DNA from: Octopus sinensis
Taxonomy: Eukaryota
Length of the DNA: 64,000 bases
Direction of reading: 5' to 3'
Assembly: GCF_006345805.1 (NCBI RefSeq)
Contig: NC_043021.1
Span: 20,584,001-20,648,000 of the forward strand
The position numbers were made by a program, and so were the translations under genes. How positions within the stretch are numbered: the first letter of the stretch is position 1; every line of letters starts with the position of its first letter. Below are positions 54,337 to 64,000 of this stretch, one piece after another. A model generated the notes under the pieces. It was given only the letters and a program-made list of their open reading frames with translations. It was not told where the DNA came from and did no database searches.

Positions 54337-54548
54337 CTGATATATACGGAAATGAAGATGAAGATGATGAGGATGAAGATGACCCAGATTGGGTCAACGA
54401 GGAAAAGGAGCAGTTCCACAATTTCCGTGATAAAAACAAAGACGGCTTCTTGGACAAAGCCGAGGTGACAGAATGGTTGATTCCCGAGGAGTTTAATCAC
54501 CTTGATACTGAAGTATCTCACCTTGTGAGGACGTCTGATGTGGATCAG
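54337..54548 (+). CDS. CALU: Calumenin-like, alternative coding exon 6a (acidic linker, EF5, start of EF6)
   Basis: TAG/GTGTGT boundaries, 212 nt, phase 1 to 0, no stops. Encodes (T)DIYGNEDEDDEDEDDPDWVNEEKEQFHNFRDKNKDGFLDKAEVTEWLIPEEFNHLDTEVSHLVRTSDVDQ. Missed by the ORF track. Confidence 0.85.
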
Positions 54549-55111
54549 GTGTGTAATAGAGCATTGCCGGTGCAATGCATGAGAAACTGCTCAACAAACT
54601 TATAGAATTTTAACACTTCGAGCCTATTTCATGTAGAAAGTAAAGCAGTGTAGCAGAAAGCTGATGACGGTTCATCTCTTGTGATTTCTTCCAGTTCCCC
54701 CAAAAAAGACAGATCTGGAATCAATCATTTCATACCTTTCCTCTTGTGGCACTTATCTACCAGACATTTTACTGCTGACTTTTTTTTGATAAAATAGACA
54801 GAACCTCAAGAATATAACACGTGGCCATTGAAAGGATTGTGCAAAGAGAACTAATTATTTTTTTATTTATGTCAACATTAGCTTCTCGTACAAGGTTGCT
54901 AAATTTACTATTGTCTTCTCAATCTATTTGTAAAATTAACTGAATTTTGTATAAAAATTTGAAAATTTTCTTCTCTGAAATATATATATATATTTATATA
55001 TACATTTCTTTTAAAAAAAATTGAAGTATTGTGTATTCAATGAGTTTGTTGAGCAGATATTTTGACTTGATTTTTTGACGTATGTTTTGATGACGGCTTT
55101 GCCATTTGTAG

Positions 55112-55314
55112 GTGACATGTGGCCCGGGGATAAGGAGGGAGAGCCAGAACCCGATTGGGTTAAAGGTGAGCGCGAGCAGTTCTCCAACTATAGAGACAAA
55201 AATGGTGATCATATGATGGACAAAGCGGAAGTGAGGGAATGGCTTCTTCCCTCTGATTACGATCATTCAATTGCCGAAGCAAGCCATTTAATTTATGAGT
55301 CAGATAAGAACAAG
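55112..55314 (+). CDS. CALU: Calumenin-like, alternative coding exon 6b (canonical-type EF5, start of EF6)
   Basis: TAG/GTTTGT boundaries, 203 nt, phase 1 to 0. Encodes (S)[67 protein letters not shown]. Confidence 0.92.
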
Positions 55315-57306
55315 GTTTGTAACAGTGAACACTACTGCTTGTCCTTGCCCTTGTTTTAAGGTTTTGTGGTTGCACTTAACTGAAAGCAGGCTGTTTATTG
55401 TTGTTTTAATGTGTTTTCTAATTCTGTTTTCTCTCTCTTCACTCTAACTCTGTAACAATCTTTCTCACTCTCCTCTCCGTCTTTGAGCCACTCTGCTATG
55501 TTATTTCATGGAATTCATAAAAATTAATCGCTCTCTATTCCCATAACAAAGGCAGCAAGCTGACAAAATATTTAGCATGTCAGGTAAAACACTTCAAGGC
55601 ATTTCTTGTGGCTCTGTGCTCTGAGTTCAAATGCTACCAAGGTCAACTTCACCTTTCATCTCGCAGGGGTCGGTAACCAGCCTTATGAATCCCGAGTTCA
55701 AAAACTAAAAAAAAAAAAAAAAATTTGGCCCTTTAGCATTCAGATTACTCTGTCAAATGTAATGCTTATTGATTCACATGGTTTTGAATTAAACATGTAA
55801 TATCTCATAGCTTTGAGATTTCAATGATGCAATTTGTTTATTTTAGAATGTAGGGCTGGTGTGAGAGATCAGATCTGTCCAGTTTGAACATAAAACCGGT
55901 TGAATATTTTTTTGGCCCGATATGGCTGGTTTAAATGCTGAAGAGTTAAACTGCTTTTGGCAGTATAAGGGCCAATAGTATTTAGGGGGGTTTTTTTCCT
56001 CTGTAAGAAAAATGAATTACCTTTGAAAAATCTCTAATATTTAAAACCTTTTTTTCATATTCTATTTCATGAAATTCCATTAACAGAAAAACTCCTTTAG
56101 ATTTATTTTCTTCTGATATTGTCTCTCCTTGCATTTTCTTTATGGTGTTGGTCTCCTTGGTGAGCTTTGTTTGTTACCCTATATATTGTGTGTGTGTGTG
56201 TGTGTGTATGATAATTGAGCACATGGCCTGATGGTTTAGGGTGTCACATTCATAACCACAAGGTTGTGGTTTCAATTCTTCAACTGGGTAATGTGTTGTG
56301 TTCTTGAGCAAAACAGTTAATTTCATGTTACTCTGCAATCACTTCAACATTTGATGTGTGGGAAACCACGGCCCCTGTACAGGTAATGTTCATTTGGAAA
56401 AAAAGGGAGTGAGGGTTAAAATTGCATATATTATGAAACTTCTCATGTTGAACTTGTGCATGCTAATGGATTATATATTTACTCCTCACTAGACACACAC
56501 ACATTGGCGTTTACTGATGTGACACCTGAATTTTTCTACACCAGAAGAATTTCAATCTTATTTAAGGCTACAATTCAAGAGGGTATTTAGCTTTAAGGAC
56601 TGGACTTGCTCCATCTTTCTACTCTTCTGGGACCTTAACTCTTTTGGTTCCAAACTGTCAAAGACTGCCCTTCATTTAATGTTACAGACTCTAGGTTTTA
56701 AAGGGATCTAAATTTCCTTTTAAATTTTATGTTATATTATGTTCCAAAGATAATTATTTTTAATATTATTTTAAAAATTGACAGACAAACTGTATATTAA
56801 CTGAAATATGATAAAAGGGTTGGGCCTCACTGGCTGAGGTGTTGGGGTTTGCTGTGCTTGAAAAGACACGTCAAACTAGATAGAATTATGATCATCCATA
56901 CATACAAGCATGCCCTTTGCAGATGCCATGTGAAATGCACTACATGTTGGTGCTGCGTAAACACACTTGTGCTGGTGGCAGGTAAAAAGCACCCAACACA
57001 TTCTGTGAATTGGTTAGCATTAGGAAGGACATCCAACTGCAGAAACCATGCCAAAACAGCTGGAGTCTGGACAGCTGCCCAACTCGTGTCAAACTCTCCA
57101 ACCCATGCCAGCATGGGAAATGGATATTAAATGATGATGATGATGATCTATATGGCTGTTCAGTTTCCAAAGTGTTAAACAGATCATGCCTCTTTTATTC
57201 AGGGGAGTAGAAACTTAAAGAAATTCATTGTTATGTAATGTATAGTTACCATTTTCAGCTCAGCTTGTCCAAAGATTAAATTTCTGTTTTTTCTTTCTCT
57301 TTACAG

Positions 57307-57411
57307 GACGGTAAATTATCCAAAAATGAGATCCTGGACAAATACGATCTCTTTGTTGGCAGCCAAGCTACGGATTTTGGTGAAGCTTTGAAGTCTCATG
57401 ATGAGTTTTAA
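57307..57411 (+). CDS. CALU: Calumenin-like, last coding exon (end of EF6, HDEF ER-retrieval signal)
   Basis: Acceptor TTACAG. Encodes [34 protein letters not shown]; HDEF is the calumenin C-terminus. The spliced protein is 318 aa with 6b or 321 aa with 6a, counted from ATG 40520. Confidence 0.95.
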   Translation, partial: DGKLSKNEILDKYDLFVGSQATDFGEALKSHDEF

Positions 57412-58542
57412 GCAGAATCTCTCAATTAGAATCATGTGTGAGAAGAAAGAGGAGGAGGAGGAGAAGAGAAAAATCAAATCAAAAAAAGAGAGAACCTCTA
57501 AGTCATCAATATTTGTATTTTTTTTTTTTTTTGACTTTCCTCTCTGATAACATGAAGATGCTGACATATACTGGACTTAAGCTATGGTCACAAGACTTCT
57601 ATTGATGGCAATTGAATGGGTTTTTTTTGTTGTTTTTAAGGAACTGGTGCTGTACCTTATCTCATCTGGTTTTCACATTTACAATTGTAATTGCACATCA
57701 AATTATTATTACTGAGAACAACAGAGTTGGTAGAGTAGCAAATAATAATAATAATAATAATCATTAATAATTATTATTATTTTGAATATTGTATAGTGGT
57801 GTATTGGCAGAATCATTGGTATGTCAGACAGAATGCTTAGTGGTGTTTCTTCCGGTCTTAATGTCCCGAGTTCAAATTCCACCAAGGTTGACTTTGCCTT
57901 TCTTCCTTCTGGGGGTCGATAAAATTAAAATACCGGTCAAGCACTGAAGTTGATGTAATTGACGGCCCCTTTCCCCCAAAAAAATTTCAGGCCTTGTGCC
58001 TATTGTAGAAAACATTATTTTGAACATTGTGCCAATATTAGAATACATTATTATTATTATTTTAATTATATTGGTGTGAACGGCAGAATTGATTGAATGT
58101 AGAAAACAAAGTGCTTTGTGGCGTTCAGTTACGTTCCTTTACATTCTGAGTTCAAACTCAGCCGAGGTCAACTTTACTTCTCATCCTCAAGGTATTAACA
58201 AAATTAATACCAGCCTAGTAACTGGGGTCAATATAACCAACTGTTGTACTTGCCCCCTAAAATACATGGCTTTGTGTCTAAGTTACCAAGTTATTTCCTT
58301 CTGCCAACTCCTGTCCTACAGTATAAGTCTGTGATCATGTGAACTAGCTAAGCTCTGATCCTTAGGGTTTTTTTTTTTTACGTATTTCAATTTTCTTGCT
58401 TTTACTTTATGGAGTATCCATCAGTCATGCTTCATTGTAAATTAGCTGGGAAAACTGATAATTTTAGATTTAGTTTTGAAGCTATCTTGCATTTTTATTC
58501 TCTCAGCTTAATCTAGTTTATATATATATATATATATATTAA

Positions 58543-59293
58543 ATATATATAGGTGTGTGTGTATACAGGTGCAGACGGTATATGAGGACATATTTATGGT
58601 TTTAGAAAAAAAAAGCTTATATAATAACAGAAAAAACTGTATTTTTTTTTAAATAACATAAACAAAGCTAAATTATCAATTTAATAATTTCATTCAATAA
58701 ACCCACCATAAGCTTCAATAACTATCTCTACATGGGGTCGAAATTATTTACAAGCTTTGATTTACATGTCCTCAAATACCAACTGCACCCTATATATACA
58801 CACGTGTGTATATGTATGTATATGCATATATATGTGTATACATGTGTATATATATATATATACACACATGTGTATATGTACATATATGTGTATGCATGTA
58901 TATATATATATATATATTCAATATATATAGGTGTGTGTGTATACAGGTGCAGACGGTATATGAGGACATATTTATGGTTTTAGAAAAAAAAAGCTTATAT
59001 AATAACAGAAAAAACTGTATTTTTTTTTAAATAACATAAACAAAGCTAAATTATCAATTTAATAATTTCATTCAATAAACCCACCATAAGCTTCAATAAC
59101 TATCTCTACATGGGGTCGAAATTATTTACAAGCTTTGATTTACATGTCCTCAAATACCAACTGCACCCTATATATACACACGTGTGTATATGTATGTATA
59201 TGCATATATATGTGTATACATGTGTATATATATATACACACATGTGTATATGTACATATATGTGTATGCATGTATATATATATATATATATAT
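58543..59293 (+). repeat. 378-nt tandem duplication downstream of the stop codon
   Basis: Near-identical blocks start at about 58543 and 58921. Each contains AATAAA (58696 and 59074). Confidence 0.9.
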
Positions 59294-62200
59294 TGAATAT
59301 ATGTTTTTATTTTTGAGTTATTAGGTTATCTCCAAAATATTTTAATTTTTCCTATATATCTAGAAAAGAAACAAAGATTTATTTGTGGATAACCGGTTCT
59401 TTTATTATTACTTGCTATTTATTATTTCTATACTATATAGTATAAAAGCAAAAATTGGTAAAGGTTTTTAGACCTCAGATTGAAGTAGCTTTTGCTATAT
59501 ATATATTTTTTTTTTTATTTCCTTTTGTATTTTCATTTTTCCCATTTCTCAAATTCAAAAAAAAAAAAAAAATTTTTTTTTTTCCTTCTTTTAATCCTGT
59601 AGTATTTGCATGAACAAAAAAAAACAAAAAAGTATGTCAGACATTATTCTCCTATGCAGCCATTTATCATTTGTGTGTGTCTTGTGGACATATATATCTA
59701 TACTAGAAATATCTTTTGGCTCTACTTGAAAATCTGCAAGCTTCATGACTGATTCAGCGTTGAGGAAAAAAAAATTTAAGTATTACAAGGGTTTTGGGAG
59801 AGGGGGAAGAAATTTTTGTCAAAAAGCTTTTTTTTATGCATCCTTCGCTATCATCACCCACCACCACCACCACAAGCATTTAATGTTCTTAAATTGTGTG
59901 TTCTTGTTTCGTGCCAAGTCAGTGAGCCCAAGTTTGATCAAAGGCCTTGACCATTCAGTCTGTTTTTTTTTTTTTTTTTCTTGTCCCTCCCTTAGTTTAG
60001 GACTGCATTATTTGATACGTCCTCTATTTAAAAATGATAGGGTGGTGTGGATTTGGCTGCAGTTTCTTGCATGTCAAGCAAATTTACGTACTGATTCCAC
60101 TCATCTTCTTGTGTCAGTGTTTTGTGTTTCAACGGGTCCTAAAATCACAGCTGTTTTATCTGCCTCATCTCAACAGCTTAATTGAGGGCAGAATTGTTAA
60201 CGACGTCTAATTGTTAATTACTCGTCTTCTTTCTGTGTTTATTATTAACACTAATTACCCACCGACATTAACCATTCATCACACTACTTACCCTCCATTT
60301 TGACTTTTATTTTCTGTTTATATATATATGTATAATGTGTATATATATATGTGTATGTATATATGTATGTGTGCGTGTGTGTGTGCATGTATGTATATGC
60401 ATGCATGCATGTGTATGTATGTGTGTGTATGTACGTGTGTATGTGTGCGTCAGTGCGTGTGTATGCGTGCGTATGCATGCATGCATATGTATGTGTGTAT
60501 CTGTGTGTATGTATGTATATGTATATATACATGTATATATATTATATATATTATATATATATAAAAGTAATATTAGGCTTTTTCTTACATAACAAAAAAT
60601 AAAATCTTTAAAAATTTATTTAAAAAAAAAAGAATTTATTTTATTTTACAACTTTTTTTTTTTCAAAGTTACTTTCCTGTTTAAGGTTGAAAATAAAGTA
60701 GATTTTTTTAATTAAAAAAAAACAAAACAAATTTGTCATATATTGTAGTTTTTGTTATTTTTTCTTGTTTAACTCCAGACCAGACACAATTGAGTAAATC
60801 CAGAAGCAGGCTTTCGACCATGATCATCATCTCTCTTTATTTCAAGAATTGTGTGCACATGCACCTAGAAATAGCAGCTAAATTGCAAATGCTCAAAGCT
60901 TGCTATATTTTAGCCCTTTTGCATTCAGTTTACTCTATCAAATGTAATATTTATTTATTCACGTTATTTTGAATTAATCTTGCATTATTTTAGCATTGGT
61001 GTGATCATTTATTTTTAAAATGACATTGTAGGGTAGGTGTGAGAGGCTGGATCTGGCCAGTTTGAGGACAAAACAGAATATTCGGGCCTAACGTAACTGG
61101 TTTAAATGCAAAAGGGTTTTAAACAAAGTCGACATCCTGAATAATGTAAATCTTAGATAAATTGTCTGGGGAAACAAAACCGTGGGATGATCATGGTTGG
61201 AATGTCTTGATCAATCATTGGTGGGGCATGCATAGGGTTATGCTGAACTTTTATACCTTTTGTACACAATGTTTAATATACCAATAGAGAAAAGGAACAA
61301 TTTGAGAATTGAGTTATTAAAAAAAAAAAATCCTTTACATTACCTTCTGTGGACAATTTTATCCAGTTTTGACACTTTAGAGACACCAAATCAGTTCATG
61401 TTCATTTCATTTTATTCATAAGATCTGATGTCACTAAAGTGGAGATAGTTTATTTTCTTCGATTTAGTAGTATGTAGGTATGTTCTGAGTTCAAATTCCA
61501 CCGAGGTCGACTTTGCCTTTCATTCTTTCAGGGTCAATTAAATAAGTACCAGTTACGCACTGGTGTTAATATAATCGACTTATTCCCTTTGTCCTTGTTT
61601 GTCCCTTCTGTGTTTAGCCCCTTGTGGGTAGTAAAGAAATAGGTATTTCGTCTGGTGATACGTTCTGAGTTCAAATTCCGCCGAGGTCGACTTTGCCTTT
61701 CATCCTTTCAGGATCGATTAGATAAGTACCAGTTATGCACTGGTGTTAATATAATCGACTTATTCCCTTTGTCCTTGTTTGTCCCTTCTATGTTTAGCCC
61801 CTTGTGGGTAGTAAAGAAATAGGTATGTATGTAATTACAAACGTGTGTGTGTGTGTGTATATTTAGTATAGAACTGGTCAGTACTGAAAGCAATGCCATC
61901 TTAATTCCTTATGGAGAAATAAACTGGAGACAGACCTATGTGTGCATCATTATCATCATCATCATTGTTCGACCGTGGTCAAGACAATGGAATTTACCAT
62001 GCTACGCCAGACTTCACGGGCCATCATGGCATTATGGAGGTCCTGTTGTTGGATGCCTGGAGATTACATCAGGGTAGGAGAGTGTGCGCCCTCTGGTTTT
62101 GCGAGTAGATGGCTTCCAGAGGAGAAGAGTAGAAATTACCTCGTTTTCAGCGTTACAACAAATGTCCAGCAAACTGGACTCTCCTACCTATGTGTGCAGG

Positions 62201-62579
62201 TGTGTGTCTAAGAGTGTTAACTCTTTTATCTCTGGCGACAGAACTGAATGGTGTGAAATGGAATGTAAGTGAAGCTACAAACAGGCAAATGAAGCCCTCA
62301 CCAGAAAACTCATTATGCTAAAAATAGCAGCTAAAGGTCGGGTACACAGAATTATATTATTAAGATGACTTATGTGTTGCATACAATTTTTTACACTTTA
62401 AGTAAACGTTTTTAATAGAAAGGCAGAAGACACCAGAAGCAAAAATAAGGAATATTCACACAGTTAAATATATAAGTGTTCAGCATAATTTGTTACATAA
62501 TCTTTATAATTAATAAACATGATGCTGAATAGAATAATTCCCTGTTTGAACTTTTTTAATTATAAATATGTGTGTGTAA

Positions 62580-62960
62580 TGGGATGGAAGCACTCTGTCG
62601 GTTACGACGATGAAGGTTCCGGTTGATCCGAATCAACGGAACAGCCTTCTCGTGAAATTAAAGTGCAAGTGGCTGAGCATTCCACAGACACGTGCACCCT
62701 TAACGTAGTACTCAGGGATATTCAGCGTGACACAGAGAGTGACAAGGCCGGCCCCTTGAAATACAGGTACAACAGAAACAGGAAGTAAGAGTGAGAGAAA
62801 GTTGTGGTGAAAGAGTACAGCAGGGATCACCACCATCCCCTGTCGGAGCCTCGTGGAGCTTTTTTAGGTGTTTTCGCTCAATAAACACTCACAACGCCCG
62901 GTCTGGGAATCGAAACCGCGAGTCCGCTGCCCTAGCCACTGGGCCATTGCGCCTCCACGT
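62580..62960 (-). mobile_element. SINE family D (tRNA-derived head)
   Basis: Minus-strand head GGAGGCGCAATGGCCCAGTGGCTAG...TTCGATTCCCAGACC. Related + strand copy at about 51778-52060. Confidence 0.7.
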
Positions 62961-63421
62961 GTGTAATAGAAATCTATGGATGCACAAAACAGAAAATGAA
63001 ACAAGGACGACTTGTTCAGAAACACCCACGGGTGGGGAACAGCTTTCAAAAATAGCCCCCAATTGTTTTCCCCCCAACATACCTATGTCCACGGAATCTA
63101 CATAGTCCGAGGTATATTTGTAGAGAATTTCATAAAAAAATATCCATTTTCTTGAAGGTTAAGACGAATTGAAGTGGACTCCTGTGAATTTTCAGTAATT
63201 TTGGGAGGGAAAGTGTTTTAGGAAACACATTCCCTCCCAAAATTTTGTATATTCGGAATCTACATGATATAACACATATTTGTAGACAATTTTTTGGAAG
63301 TTACGGTCATCCGAAGTCGGGGGCACAGAAATCTGTAGTTATGCCAATTCAAAAACACGCCAACATTGGTTGTCAAGCGATGAGGGAGGAACAAGCACAG
63401 ACATTCAAACACACATGCACC

Positions 63422-63453
<32 letters not shown>

Positions 63454-64000
63454 TATATGTATATATGTATGTATATATATATGTGTATTTATATATATGT
63501 ATGTATGTGTATATGTATGTATGTGTATATATATATATATGTGTGTGTGTATATATATATATATGTATGTATGTGTATATATATATATATATGTATGTAT
63601 GTGTATATATATATATGTATGTATGTGTATATATATATATGTATGTATGTATATATATATATGTATGTATATGTATGTATATATATATGTATGTATATGT
63701 ATGTATATATATATGTATGTATATATATATGTGTATGTATATATATATGTATATATATGTGTATGTATATATATATATATATATGTATATATATGTGTAT
63801 GTATATATATATATATGTATGTATATATATATGTGTGTATGTAATATTATGTTGTGTATGTATATATATGTGTGTATGTATATAATGTGTATGTATATAT
63901 ATATAATATATATATATATATAATATATATATATATGTATATATGTATGTATGTGTAATGTATGTATGTGTATATATATATGTATGGTGTTATATATAGG

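Noticed and set aside
54337-54548. Exon 6a as a constitutive extra exon giving additional EF-hands
   Set aside because: Splice phases are incompatible with 6b: joint inclusion frameshifts to a stop at 55214.
63245-63923. Long YIYVCM-type ORFs (also at 17.5, 21.5, 32.3 and 60.3 kb)
   Set aside because: Microsatellite translations with no coding signal.

Overview
Repeat-dense, AT-rich eukaryotic genomic DNA. The tRNA-derived SINE families and (TA/CA/TATG)n microsatellites look like an octopus (coleoid cephalopod) genome; that assignment is inferred from repeat recognition only. The one well-supported gene is a + strand, multi-exon calumenin-type CREC EF-hand gene. It has a signal peptide, six EF-hand positions and a C-terminal HDEF, with coding exons from 40520 to 57411 and a likely promoter/5'UTR exon near 31.7-32.0 kb. 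The main discovery is a tandemly duplicated coding exon pair, 6a (54337-54548) and 6b (55112-55314). Both have the same splice phases, so they must be mutually exclusive to keep frame. The intron between them carries a ~35-bp long-range RNA duplex (54587-54621 pairing with 55021-55056) and a UGCAUG (RBFOX) site partly hidden in a small hairpin, giving a candidate RNA-structure-controlled splicing switch for EF-hands 5-6. The rest is mostly transposable elements: RTE LINEs (one near full length), a CR1 3' end, a Tc1/mariner relic, a non-autonomous Helitron, hAT and piggyBac-type MITEs, GGATC-ended foldback elements with telomere-like cores, and many SINEs. There are also two weak promoter/exon candidates near 6.8 kb and 18.5 kb.
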